41,715 bases of DNA, taken from assembly GCA_003650425.1 (NCBI GenBank), contig QMPP01000001.1, positions 1-41,715 on the forward strand, given 5' to 3'. Shown here one piece after another: positions 1 through 8,861 of the stretch. The translations under genes were made by a program, and so were the position numbers. The notes below the pieces were generated by a model. That model was not told the origin of the DNA and did no database searches. It saw only the letters and a list, made by a program, of their open reading frames with translations. Position 1 is the first letter of the stretch, and each line of letters begins with the position of its first letter. Source of the DNA: Bacteroidota bacterium (GTDB lineage Bacteria > Bacteroidota > Bacteroidia > Bacteroidales > F082).

Positions 1-385
1 ACGTAAAAAAGAAGTGAAGTGTGAATAATACCAAAAAAGATATATAGTATCCTTGATAGGTGTTAATTACATCGTCGAGGATTAGCACGAAAAAGATAAT
101 GGTTACCCCAATCAAGGTGGAGGTTAATGTTTGACCAAGTTCACGTAAACGGGCTTTTCGGTAGATACGTCGGTAAGAGCCGATTAAGGTGTACAGCAAG
201 AGCCAAAAAACAGGAACAACCACGATGGCTACCCAATATTTTTGATCGTGTATCATGTGGCCGAAGTAATCGTTAATGCCCTGCTCCTCGTTAACTTTTC
301 GATATAAATAAAATAGAGTCCAGGCAAGAGTTGAAGCAAGCCAGTCTAAAAACAGGTATTTAGCAATCTGTAACTTTGCGTTCAT
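1..385 (-). CDS. Multi-pass membrane protein, N-terminal ~128 codons only (rest lies beyond the window). Resembles the N-terminus of polyprenyl-phosphate glycosyl-phosphotransferases (sugar transferase).
   Basis: Minus-strand frame is open from ATG (385-383) to the window edge. It is absent from the ORF track because it has no stop. Translation MNAKLQIAKYLFLDWLASTLAWTLFYLYRK...GSYRRIYRKARLRELGQT...IIFFVLILDD has several hydrophobic helices. It starts 4 nt after the stop of the upstream lipoprotein gene. Confidence 0.45.
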   Translation of the reverse strand, partial: MNAKLQIAKYLFLDWLASTLAWTLFYLYRKVNEEQGINDYFGHMIHDQKYWVAIVVVPVFWLLLYTLIGSYRRIYRKARLRELGQTLTSTLIGVTIIFFVLILDDVINTYQGYYISFLVLFTLHFFFT

Positions 386-389
386 AGGT

Positions 390-1331
390 TTATTGTCGGT
401 ATAATAATTTTATGTTGTCAATATAAATTTTTGAAATATCAACATCAGAGCCAATGATAGCCCTGAAATATATTTTGAAATCGTACGCGTTGGGATAGCG
501 CGAAGTAGTAGGTGCCAGGTTAACGTAGATTTTATTCCATTCGGATGATTTATTTAAGTAAACGAGGTCGTCCCACTTAAAATCGCCGGGTAAGCTGGTT
601 AATACCCCCACCAGCATGGGTGTATCGGTTTTGAAATTTAGTTCTAAGGCAACCGGTGTTCCATCGCGAGGTAAATCGTATCCGTTAAACGAGTAACCCC
701 AAAACATGGGGTTGCTTTGGGTTAAAACAATTTTGCCGGAATAACTTGAATGGTCACTCAAAAAAGCTTCGGGACTGTCGGCAGGAATGGTTTGCTCGAT
801 GGTAGTGTCGCTGGTTTCCGATTCTCTGATGGAGATGCAAGAGCCTTCAAAATCTTCGAGCCAGGCAAATTTTATATTTTCGTAATACTCTGTTTTAATG
901 TTTCCTAAATCCATAACAGAATCAGGAACAAAATTAAAGTTTTCAAAAACGATGGGCTGGTAAAAAGGGTAGGGTACTCGTGTGCTCGAAATACCGTTAA
1001 GTTTAATCCCTGGTCGAATCTCCAGGCGATGATTCCCTTCTGCTAAAATAGGAAACAGAGCCGGAAGCTGGAAAACCCCCATTTGCTGATCGTCAACATA
1101 AACCCAAACATCTGAAATTTCCTGTGATGCACTACCCTGAACAGGGTAATAGGTGTCGAGATAAACAGAATCAATTTTAATGTAGGAGGGAATGGCTTGT
1201 GAACTTTCCATCTTACGACATCCACTCGCCAGCAATAAGATAAAACCCAAGCCCAATAAAAAACTAAAATAATATACTTTGTAATCCTTTTTCAATATCT
1301 CCTTACTGTTTACTGATTCTAACGCATCCAA
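390..1331 (-). CDS. Hypothetical lipoprotein (313 aa)
   Basis: Long ORF with a signal peptide plus lipobox (FILLLASGC). I recognise no family motif. It is tightly coupled to the downstream membrane-protein gene. Confidence 0.6.
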   Translation of the reverse strand: MDALESVNSKEILKKDYKVYYFSFLLGLGFILLLASGCRKMESSQAIPSYIKIDSVYLDTYYPVQGSASQEISDVWVYVDDQQMGVFQLPALFPILAEGNHRLEIRPGIKLNGISSTRVPYPFYQPIVFENFNFVPDSVMDLGNIKTEYYENIKFAWLEDFEGSCISIRESETSDTTIEQTIPADSPEAFLSDHSSYSGKIVLTQSNPMFWGYSFNGYDLPRDGTPVALELNFKTDTPMLVGVLTSLPGDFKWDDLVYLNKSSEWNKIYVNLAPTTSRYPNAYDFKIYFRAIIGSDVDISKIYIDNIKLLYRQ

Positions 1332-1402
1332 AAGTTAGTTATTATCTTTATTGAGCATTTATTTTAACTATTTATTAACAATTTGCTTCGGTAATCAATC
1401 TT

Positions 1403-2338
1403 TTATTCGTCAAAGTTACCTGAACCGGTTGCTTTGTCTAAAATTTGTTCTGCAAGTTGTATTGCTTTAAAGCTGGTGTAAACCGACACTTTGGGTTCTT
1501 TATTATGAACAATGGTGTTGTAAAAGTTTTTCATCGCGCTACCAATGGTGTTTGTTGGCTTCGCTGTAATTTCTTCAAATTGAGCAGTAATTTCAGGATG
1601 CTCCAAATTGGAAATCAGTCTAATTGCTTTCTGCCGGGTAAAATCAACCTTTATATAATTATCTTTTTCAAAAAACTCGGTTTGATGATGCTGTACAGTT
1701 GATATTCTGCTACCCGTTAAATTCAAAACGGTACCGTTGATAAACTCAATTTTTGCATGAATAACATCTGGCGTTTTGCCGATAACATTCACACCGGTAG
1801 CCTGAACTTTTTTTATTTCCGATGGCACGGTTAATAAGGCAACTACCATGTCGTCGATAAATTGGTTGACTACTTCTTTTGAATGTTGGCCTTGCGGTGT
1901 AACAAGCGATTGCGAAACAATTAATTCCGGCTGATTAATCCGTTTTTTTGCCTCTACAAAGGCCGGGTTATATTGGAACAGATGACCAAACTGAATATGT
2001 ACACCCGCTTCTGAGGCTGTTTCAATTAACCTGAACGACTGCTTTGCGCTAAATGTAATCGCCTGCTCAAAAAACAGATGTTTCGATTTTTTAAGCAACT
2101 GAATCAGTACATCGAAATGTTCTGTTTCAGGTTCCGGAATGTAGATGGTATCAACACTTTCACAAAAATTGTCAAATGAACTAAATATAAATAATGATGT
2201 GTCAGGTAACGGCTTCTCTTTACGATTATGGTCATCGAGAGGAAAAAATCCGACAAGCTGAACCGACTCAACTTTGTTTAGGCCGACTATCTTCTCCTCT
2301 CCAAAATTTCGAGTTCCCAAAACACCAATTTTCAACAT
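1403..2338 (-). CDS. Gfo/Idh/MocA-family NAD(P)-dependent oxidoreductase
   Basis: The N-terminus MLKIGVLGTRNFGEEKIVG is Rossmann-like. I moved the start to the internal ATG at 2338, because a TACTTTTG -7 box lies 17 nt upstream and the 33-codon extension in the ORF track would run into the divergent pcm gene. Confidence 0.6.
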   Translation of the reverse strand: MLKIGVLGTRNFGEEKIVGLNKVESVQLVGFFPLDDHNRKEKPLPDTSLFIFSSFDNFCESVDTIYIPEPETEHFDVLIQLLKKSKHLFFEQAITFSAKQSFRLIETASEAGVHIQFGHLFQYNPAFVEAKKRINQPELIVSQSLVTPQGQHSKEVVNQFIDDMVVALLTVPSEIKKVQATGVNVIGKTPDVIHAKIEFINGTVLNLTGSRISTVQHHQTEFFEKDNYIKVDFTRQKAIRLISNLEHPEITAQFEEITAKPTNTIGSAMKNFYNTIVHNKEPKVSVYTSFKAIQLAEQILDKATGSGNFDE

Positions 2339-2354
2339 CTCGACAGATTTTGCG

Positions 2355-2362
2355 CAAAAGTA
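2355..2362 (-). promoter_or_regulatory. Bacteroidota -7 promoter box (TAnnTTTG) for the oxidoreductase gene
   Basis: Plus strand CAAAAGTA equals minus strand TACTTTTG, 17 nt upstream of the ATG at 2338. Confidence 0.45.
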
Positions 2363-2416
2363 ACCTTTTTCTTTCGGCAGGTTTGCTATTTTAGCACAAA
2401 ATTTCAGATTCAAAAA

Positions 2417-3064
2417 ATGATAGATACATATAGGCATAAAGGAATGCGTAAGCAGTTGGTGGCGACTCTAAAAGTCAAGGGGATAACAGATAAAAGAGTG
2501 CTTGCAGCCATTGATAATATTCCACGGCACTGGTTTCTCGACTCTTCATTTTTAGAATATGCCTACGAAGACAAGCCTTTTCCCATTGGCTCGGGTCAAA
2601 CTATTTCGCAGCCGTACACAGTAGCTCGGCAAACGGAATTACTGAAAGTAGAAAAAAATATGAAGGTGCTTGAAATTGGTACAGGATCGGGTTTTCAGGC
2701 CTGTGTGCTGGGCGAGATGGGAGCTAAAGTATTCACGGTTGAACGGCAGAAAAAGTTGTACCTGAAAACAAAAAGTTTTTTAAAACAATTTCCATATCGT
2801 ATCAAGGCATTTTTCGATGATGGCAATAAGGGGCTGCCGTCATTTGCCCCGTTTGATAGAATAATTATTACAGCAGCAGCTCCCGAGATTCCGGAAAAAT
2901 TAATTCATCAGCTAAAACCAGAAGGGATACTTTTGCTGCCGCTCGGCTTAGGCGATGTGCAGCAAATGGTTCGTATTACAAAAGATGTTAATGGTAATCT
3001 GAAAACCGAAAATTTTGGTAACTACCGGTTTGTGCCGATGCTTAAAAACAAAGCCGACAATTAA
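2417..3064 (+). CDS. pcm: Protein-L-isoaspartate O-methyltransferase
   Basis: Motifs GQTISQPYTVA and VLEIGTGSGFQACVL (SAM-binding) are present, and the 215-aa length is typical. Confidence 0.9.
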   Translation: MIDTYRHKGMRKQLVATLKVKGITDKRVLAAIDNIPRHWFLDSSFLEYAYEDKPFPIGSGQTISQPYTVARQTELLKVEKNMKVLEIGTGSGFQACVLGEMGAKVFTVERQKKLYLKTKSFLKQFPYRIKAFFDDGNKGLPSFAPFDRIIITAAAPEIPEKLIHQLKPEGILLLPLGLGDVQQMVRITKDVNGNLKTENFGNYRFVPMLKNKADN

Positions 3065-3076
3065 TTATCTCCTACT

Positions 3077-3529
3077 TTAAAGTTCTCCTTTAATTATTTT
3101 CCAGCACAAATCGGCCTGATAGCCCTTCTGTACCGCGTAATTGACCAGTTTATTGTTTTTCTTCCACTGCTCTTTTTCTTCAATTATTTTTGAAGAGAGA
3201 ACGGCTTTGAGTGTATTTAAATACTCCTCTTCGTCAATTTCTCCGATGCCAATTTGTATGTAGAGATCAGGAATGTGCTTCGCCTGTAAGGCATATATTA
3301 TCTTGTTTATTCCCCACTTGTTGTGGCGCAGCTTCCCCACAGCAAAAGCTTTGGCATAGCGCTCTTCGTTGAGGAAGTCATCTTTTTCAAGCTGATTAAT
3401 AATTTTTTGCACGGTATGATCTTCTGCTTTCCACTGACGAAGTTTTTGTTTAACATCCATTACGCACCGTTCGGATACAGCGCAATATTTGCTTGCTTTA
3501 TTTAAAAGAAAGGATGATTCAGGCGTCAT
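3077..3529 (-). CDS. recX: RecX-family regulatory protein
   Basis: 150-aa helical-repeat protein. The N-terminus KASKYCAVSERCVMDVKQKL is typical of RecX. Confidence 0.7.
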   Translation of the reverse strand: MTPESSFLLNKASKYCAVSERCVMDVKQKLRQWKAEDHTVQKIINQLEKDDFLNEERYAKAFAVGKLRHNKWGINKIIYALQAKHIPDLYIQIGIGEIDEEEYLNTLKAVLSSKIIEEKEQWKKNNKLVNYAVQKGYQADLCWKIIKGEL

Positions 3530-3588
3530 ACTAATGAGTTTTATTCGACCAAATTACAAAAAAACCAGTTATAAGAGGTTTTATTACT

Positions 3589-4065
3589 TTAGTTTGTGAA
3601 ATCTTTTAGCAAGATGTCGAAAACAAGTACGGCATCAGGCCGAACCCCGTTGGTGGGTGCATGCCCATAACCTAAAACTGAAGGGATTATCAGTTTTATA
3701 TTGCCGTTTTTTCCAATAAGCTGAATACCTTCCTGCCATCCCGGGATAAGATTGGATATATAGGTGTCATCTAAATCGCCCTCGTCAAGCAATACGCCAT
3801 CAAGATAATACCCTTTGTAATGCACTGATATTTTCGCTGTGGGCAAGGGCTTCTCTGCTTCGCCGGACTCTTCTATAACGTAGTATAATCCACTATTTGT
3901 AAACTGACCCGAGAGGTTGTTGGCTCCGGCATAATCTTCGATGAGTTGCCTGTCTTTGGCATTTTGTTCATCCTGACTCCAATAGCCGGGCTTGTCCTTT
4001 CCGCACGAAGAAAATAAAACTACTGATATAAAAAGTAAACCGATTAATGAAAATTTTAAACGCAT
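3589..4065 (-). CDS. FKBP-type peptidyl-prolyl cis-trans isomerase lipoprotein
   Basis: Lipobox LFSSCG. FKBP core motifs VHYKGYYLDG...IPGWQEGIQL...IPSVLGYG are present. Confidence 0.85.
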   Translation of the reverse strand: MRLKFSLIGLLFISVVLFSSCGKDKPGYWSQDEQNAKDRQLIEDYAGANNLSGQFTNSGLYYVIEESGEAEKPLPTAKISVHYKGYYLDGVLLDEGDLDDTYISNLIPGWQEGIQLIGKNGNIKLIIPSVLGYGHAPTNGVRPDAVLVFDILLKDFTN

Positions 4066-4254
4066 ATTGATTATTTTTGTGGCAAAAATAGGGATATTTA
4101 AGATGTGGGATAAACATTGTTACATTATTTAACTATGTTTGTAATGTAATATTATTCGGATAATAAAATTTACCGTTAATTTCGTGTTGTAATTTGATTT
4201 GGTATTTTGAATAGCATTATTATACAACTATTAGAGATTTAAAAAAATAAACTT

Positions 4255-4815
4255 ATGAAAAAATTATTATTGGCAACCATCGTGATAGCACTATTTACCG
4301 TGTCCTGCAGCACTTTTAAGGTAACTGCCGATTACGACAAAACAACCAATTTTGAAGGATACAAAACCTTTACGCTACTTCCCTGGAATCCTCATAACGA
4401 TTCTGTTGTTTCCCCTTTTGTAAAAGAAAGAATTTTGGAAGCGCTGAAAAACGAGATGATTAAAAGAGGCTATTTTTATGTTGCTGACATGAAAAAGGCC
4501 GATCTTGGGGTGAACAGTTTTGTATTATTGCAAGAGAAAAGCGATTACCAATATTATAGTAACTACTACGGATCGTATGGATACTATTATTCAAGTCCTT
4601 GGGCATGGGGTGGTTACTACGGAAACCCTTATGGTTCGGTGCAACGGGTTGATTATACCGAAGGAACTCTGATTATCGATTTGTTTGATACTCATCAAAA
4701 AAAACTTATTTGGCAGGGAATTGGCATTGGAGAAGTTAACAAGCATACCACCGGAAAAAATGTGGGTAAAATTATTTCGCAGATATTTTTTAAATATCCT
4801 GTAAAGTATAAATAG
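4255..4815 (+). CDS. DUF4136-like lipoprotein
   Basis: Lipobox FTVSCS followed by VTADYDKTTNFEGYKTFTLLPW, which is typical of DUF4136. It has a Tyr/Gly-rich internal segment. Confidence 0.6.
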   Translation: MKKLLLATIVIALFTVSCSTFKVTADYDKTTNFEGYKTFTLLPWNPHNDSVVSPFVKERILEALKNEMIKRGYFYVADMKKADLGVNSFVLLQEKSDYQYYSNYYGSYGYYYSSPWAWGGYYGNPYGSVQRVDYTEGTLIIDLFDTHQKKLIWQGIGIGEVNKHTTGKNVGKIISQIFFKYPVKYK

Positions 4816-4817
4816 CC

Positions 4818-5501
4818 TTAGCCGTTTAACAATAGCTCAACAAGCAGGGGAACACCAACTCCGGCTTTTTCTTTTATTATTTGTAAATTGCTATCGGATA
4901 TTGAAGTTGCATTGGGATCTACGTAATACATTGGAACACTTCGTTTAATATAGTTAATAAGGCTTGCTGCCGGATAAACTGCCATCGAAGTGCCAATAAT
5001 AATAAAATGGTCTGCTTTTTTTGCCATCTCAATGGCTTGCTCAATCATGGGAACTGCTTCGCCAAACCAGACAATATGCGGTCGTAGTTGCGAACCTTTT
5101 TCGCATAAATCACCCAGTTTTAGTTCCCATTTATCAAGTTCGTAAACCAAGGTCGGGTCGATGGTGCTTCTAACCTTTTTAAGTTCGCCATGCAGGTGAA
5201 GAACATGGGAAGAGCCTGCTCGTTCGTGAAGATCGTCAACATTTTGAGTGATGATTATAACGTGATACTTCGATTCCAGTTTTACCAAGGCTTTGTGACC
5301 GGCATTGGGTTGGGCGGTAAACAGTTTTTTTCTTCTTTCATTATAGAAGTCCATTACCAATTGCGGAGTGTGTTGCCAGGCATAGGGTGAGGCAACCTCT
5401 TCGACCCTGTGTTTTCGCCACAGGCCGTTGTTGTCTCTAAAAGTATTGCATCCGCTCTCGGCACTTATGCCTGCACCGGTTAATACAACTACTGTTTCCA
5501 T
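4818..5501 (-). CDS. cobB: NAD-dependent protein deacylase (class III sirtuin, CobB type)
   Basis: Motifs GAGISAESG..FR, QNVDDLHERAG and HG are present. The protein is short (227 aa) and single-domain. Confidence 0.9.
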   Translation of the reverse strand: METVVVLTGAGISAESGCNTFRDNNGLWRKHRVEEVASPYAWQHTPQLVMDFYNERRKKLFTAQPNAGHKALVKLESKYHVIIITQNVDDLHERAGSSHVLHLHGELKKVRSTIDPTLVYELDKWELKLGDLCEKGSQLRPHIVWFGEAVPMIEQAIEMAKKADHFIIIGTSMAVYPAASLINYIKRSVPMYYVDPNATSISDSNLQIIKEKAGVGVPLLVELLLNG

Positions 5502-5644
5502 GGTTGAAAAATATATGCTACAAAGATATGGTTTTAAAATGATTTTTCTCGGGGAACAGACAACGGTTATAAAAGAAGAATCCCCGGTTCATGGCTGAAG
5601 CAGGGATTCTGGCAAGGCGGATATGGCAAGGACGCCATAAAGGA

Positions 5645-5827
5645 TTAAAGGAAAAAGGATTTCTTATTAATAATGGTGTACAACCTCAGATGCCCGGCAT
5701 CAATCGTTTCAAAAAAATAAACTTTGTCACCTTTCATAAACACTTTCGTGTTTTCACGGTTGGCGGGTTCTTCAAAAAATCCGAGCTGCTTTATTTTTTC
5801 TATCGAATAGGTTGCGTTAACTTCCAT
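5645..5827 (-). CDS. Hypothetical small protein (60 aa)
   Basis: ORF in the track. Its ATG lies 1 nt after the stop of the zinc-ribbon mini-ORF upstream (TAAGATG), which suggests translational coupling. No family recognised. Confidence 0.4.
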   Translation of the reverse strand: MEVNATYSIEKIKQLGFFEEPANRENTKVFMKGDKVYFFETIDAGHLRLYTIINKKSFFL

Positions 5828-5828
5828 C

Positions 5829-5984
5829 TTATTTCATTTTTATTTTGTAGCCATCTTTTGAGCAAATGGGACAGTATGAATCTTTTACTATTGAAATATA
5901 ACCACAGCGTTCGCATTTGTAGTACTTAGTACGTCTTACTTTCCTCTTTTCAGGTGCTTCGCTTTTTAAACTTAAATTAAACAT
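5829..5984 (-). CDS. Hypothetical zinc-ribbon mini-protein (51 aa)
   Basis: Not in the ORF track because it is under 60 aa. Hand translation: MFNLSLKSEAPEKRKVRRTKYYKCERCGYISIVKDSYCPICSKDGYKIKMK. It has a CxxC-x12-CxxC motif, a basic N-terminus, and a 156-nt in-frame length. Confidence 0.45.
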   Translation of the reverse strand: MFNLSLKSEAPEKRKVRRTKYYKCERCGYISIVKDSYCPICSKDGYKIKMK

Positions 5985-6275
5985 TGTTAGTAGTATTGAA
6001 TGTGGCTATTGTAGGATCAAGGTTTGTGCCAAAATTGATTACTTTGATGAAATAAATTTTTAACTACATGAAGAATAGATGTTAATAAGCATTATTTACT
6101 TTAATTATGAATAATTTGGCCGCTCCTGATAGTAATTTTATTAACTATATTTTAATATTAACGGATACTGGTTACGAAATCGTAATGTTATAAATGCAAA
6201 GGTCAATACACATTGATATACAAAATAGTACTGTAGTTGTTGCCCTGTTTAGTAAGGAACGATTATAAATATCTT

Positions 6276-6283
6276 TATCTTTG
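6276..6283 (+). promoter_or_regulatory. Bacteroidota -7 promoter box for deoC
   Basis: TATCTTTG lies 18 nt upstream of the ATG at 6302, at the end of a 317-bp AT-rich gap. Confidence 0.5.
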
Positions 6284-6301
6284 CCACAAAAATATTAGAA
6301 T

Positions 6302-7162
6302 ATGCAATCATTTAAACCCTATACTTCGAAGTGGATCGATTTGACACAGCGTGCCGAATTAATTGTGAGTGATGAGTTAACAAAAACAGATAGGTTAAGT
6401 GCCTTAAAAACAATATTGAGTGTTATTGATCTTACCACGTTGAGTGGGGATGATACTGATCAAAAAGTAAGTTCTCTTTGCCAAACAGGCATCCGGTTTA
6501 AAAACGATAAGCTTGGCGTTCCTCAGGTTGCTGCTGTTTGTATTTACCCGGTTTTCGTTCCTCTGGTTAAAAAGGAGTTGGAGGGTACCGGTATAAGAAC
6601 AGCCTCGGTGGCTGGTGCTTTTCCTAGTGGACAATCTCCTCTAGAGGTTCGTATTGCTGAAGTGAACTGGGCTGTTAAAATGGGTGCCGACGACATTGAT
6701 ATGGTTATTTCCAGGGGCAAACTTTTACAAGGAGATGACGATGATATATTTGAAGAAGTTCAGCAAATTAAAGCAGTTTGTAACCAGGCTCATTTAAAAG
6801 TTATTTTAGAAACCGGTGAACTTAAAACTGTTGAAAATATTCGAAAAGCTTGTGAGCTTTCCCTGATGGGGGGAGCTGATTTTCTTAAAACTTCAACTGG
6901 AAAGATACAGCCCGCGGCTACTCCGGAAGCATTTTTAATCATGCTGGATACCATCAAGGAGTTTTATGAAATGACAAAAGGAACTAAAATCGGGATTAAA
7001 CCGGCCGGGGGTATATCAACACCTGACGAAGCTTTGGTTTATTACGCGTTGGTGAAAAATGTTCTTGGCGACGAATGGCTCAATAAGGATTTGTTTAGAA
7101 TTGGTGCCAGCCGTTTGGCGGGAAAGGTTTATGATGAGATTATTGAAACCTCAACGGTTTAA
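6302..7162 (+). CDS. deoC: Deoxyribose-phosphate aldolase (long form)
   Basis: Motifs IDLTTLSGDDT, DMVI and FLKTSTGK (Schiff-base Lys) are present. 286 aa. Confidence 0.85.
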   Translation: MQSFKPYTSKWIDLTQRAELIVSDELTKTDRLSALKTILSVIDLTTLSGDDTDQKVSSLCQTGIRFKNDKLGVPQVAAVCIYPVFVPLVKKELEGTGIRTASVAGAFPSGQSPLEVRIAEVNWAVKMGADDIDMVISRGKLLQGDDDDIFEEVQQIKAVCNQAHLKVILETGELKTVENIRKACELSLMGGADFLKTSTGKIQPAATPEAFLIMLDTIKEFYEMTKGTKIGIKPAGGISTPDEALVYYALVKNVLGDEWLNKDLFRIGASRLAGKVYDEIIETSTV

Positions 7163-7165
7163 ATT

Positions 7166-7969
7166 ATGAAAAAAATATTTCTTCTTTTTGCAGGGATGAT
7201 GTTGCTGTTGCCGTTAACCCGGTTGGCAGCGCAAACAACGCTGGATACGGCCGTTAACTTTCATGTTAAAACCATCGATGGCGAGCCAATATGGTTGTTC
7301 GATTTGCTGGATAACGACAATAAAATTGTTGTGATTGATTTCTTTTCCACTTCGTGCGGGCCATGTCAGTTTTATGCTCCCGACTTCCAGACCAGCTATG
7401 AGGATTTTGGATCGAACAATGGAAACGTTTACTATATGGGGATTAACTGGGGCTCGAACAATCAGGCTGTAAGGGAGTTCGATAGCACTTACAATTTATC
7501 TTACCCCACGATTAGCGGAACTCAGGGAGGTGGTAACACGGTGTTTGAAGATTACAACATCTTGTCCTATCCAACGGTGATAGTTATTGTGCCCGAAGAT
7601 CACCTTATTGTTAATAAAGAAATTGTGCCCCCTGTTCGCGATAGCATTAATCAGGCAGTAACTGCTGCTGGTGGAATTTTGGTGGGGGTAGAGGAGCAGC
7701 AAGCTTCAGCATTAAAAACAGTAGTTTTTCCTAATCCGGCTGGCAATTATGCAACCGTTAGAATTTTGCTAAAAAATCAAGAAAAGGTAGCTGTTGCGGT
7801 TTACGACTTGCTTGGAAGAGTAAGAGTACGTGTGCCTGAGAAGGTTTGTCGTGGTGGCACTATTCGTATTCCGCTTGCCTTGGAAAATCTTAGCGATGGC
7901 ATTTATTTTGTTACCGTTTCTTTTGGAGGTCATACCATTACCCGGCAACTTGTTAAATCGAGCTTATGA
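7166..7969 (+). CDS. Secreted thioredoxin-fold (TlpA/redoxin-like) protein with T9SS C-terminal sorting domain
   Basis: Signal peptide, a CGPC active site (FFSTSCGPCQ), and a C-terminal ~80-aa module VVFPNPAGNYATVRI...YFVTVSFGGHTITRQLVKS typical of a Por/T9SS CTD. Confidence 0.7.
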   Translation: MKKIFLLFAGMMLLLPLTRLAAQTTLDTAVNFHVKTIDGEPIWLFDLLDNDNKIVVIDFFSTSCGPCQFYAPDFQTSYEDFGSNNGNVYYMGINWGSNNQAVREFDSTYNLSYPTISGTQGGGNTVFEDYNILSYPTVIVIVPEDHLIVNKEIVPPVRDSINQAVTAAGGILVGVEEQQASALKTVVFPNPAGNYATVRILLKNQEKVAVAVYDLLGRVRVRVPEKVCRGGTIRIPLALENLSDGIYFVTVSFGGHTITRQLVKSSL

Positions 7970-8373
7970 AAAAGAAATTATTTTTGTATAGTGCCGTTGT
8001 GTTCGCGATGTTAATGTTCGCGGGCTGTAATCCTGACGACACTACCGGTGGGGGTAGCGGTACACCTGATATTGTGGCCAAATACCTCGGTACCTGGCAT
8101 GTTACCGATAATAAGGCAAAGCTTAATTACGATGTGACCATCGAGCGCAACGTGTTGTACGAAACGAAAGTTGTACTGAACAATTTCGCGGGATTGGGAA
8201 GTCATGTTTCGGGAGAAGTGGTGGGTAGTGCCGTGGTAATTGATAAACAAACAGTTAGTGGTTATAGCGTTGAAGGAACGGGTTCTTATTCCTCCAATAC
8301 TTTATTAAAGTTTTCATATCTTCTTTCCGATGGCATCGACGATGAGATGCGGGATGCTACCTTTACCAGGTAA
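7966..8373 (+). CDS. Hypothetical lipoprotein (135 aa)
   Basis: Lipobox MFAGCN. Its start overlaps the stop of the upstream gene by 4 nt (ATGA), so the two are probably co-transcribed. Confidence 0.55.
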   Translation: MKKKLFLYSAVVFAMLMFAGCNPDDTTGGGSGTPDIVAKYLGTWHVTDNKAKLNYDVTIERNVLYETKVVLNNFAGLGSHVSGEVVGSAVVIDKQTVSGYSVEGTGSYSSNTLLKFSYLLSDGIDDEMRDATFTR

Positions 8374-8854
8374 ACATTTTTAATGCTGTTTCTTGAAAAA
8401 AGGGAACCATTGTTTTCCTTACAAAAATGGTCGTGTCGATAGTTTGCAAAGAGTCTTGCTTTGCCTTTGTTTCTTTTTTTATTTCCAGGTTAATTTTGGC
8501 TTCCAGTTGCGATAATCTGGCCAGCACCTTGTCGTAAATGGCAATCATTTTTTCCGGATCAGTATTGTAGTAGTCAATGTTCTGTTTTAATAACTTGGGT
8601 GTGAGGTGATACTTTTGATAGATGTAGGCATAATATTTTTCCTTGTCATTACCTGTTTTTTTATGCGAGATTCTTTTGTAAGTGATAGCGCCGTCAGCCA
8701 ACTGAACTTCGGTGAGGATTTCAATTAGGCTGTCTTCAGGAAGTAATCTGTCAGGCATACTCGTCTGTTCTTTAACCTCGTGGTAACAAGATGTTAAAGA
8801 GGATAACAGTAAAACCGGAAATAGCATTATTAATGCGAACGAGAATTTCACCAT
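8363..8854 (-). CDS. DUF4296-like lipoprotein
   Basis: Lipobox SLTSCY followed by LLPEDSLIEILTEVQLADGAI, as I recall for DUF4296. Confidence 0.5.
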   Translation of the reverse strand: MVKFSFALIMLFPVLLLSSLTSCYHEVKEQTSMPDRLLPEDSLIEILTEVQLADGAITYKRISHKKTGNDKEKYYAYIYQKYHLTPKLLKQNIDYYNTDPEKMIAIYDKVLARLSQLEAKINLEIKKETKAKQDSLQTIDTTIFVRKTMVPFFQETALKMFTW

Positions 8855-8861
8855 GGTTTGT

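Noticed and set aside
4120-4149. An 8-bp inverted repeat, TTACATTA...TAATGTAA, in the FKBP/DUF4136 divergent gap.
   Set aside because: It is short, entirely A/T-rich, and sits in a very AT-rich promoter region where such matches are expected by chance.
4818-5501. Sir2-domain protein as a possible anti-phage defence effector (Thoeris/DSR-like).
   Set aside because: It is a short, single-domain class III sirtuin with full CobB motifs. It has no fused sensor (SLOG, TIR, Macro or similar) and no partner defence genes, so it is a housekeeping deacylase.
5591-5929. A 112-aa plus-strand ORF spanning the cobB-upstream region.
   Set aside because: It overlaps both minus-strand mini-ORFs completely, has an odd composition (Phe/Leu/Lys-rich, no motif), and lacks a -7 box or sensible start context. 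The minus-strand pair, with its 1-nt stop/start coupling and a zinc-ribbon motif, is the better explanation.
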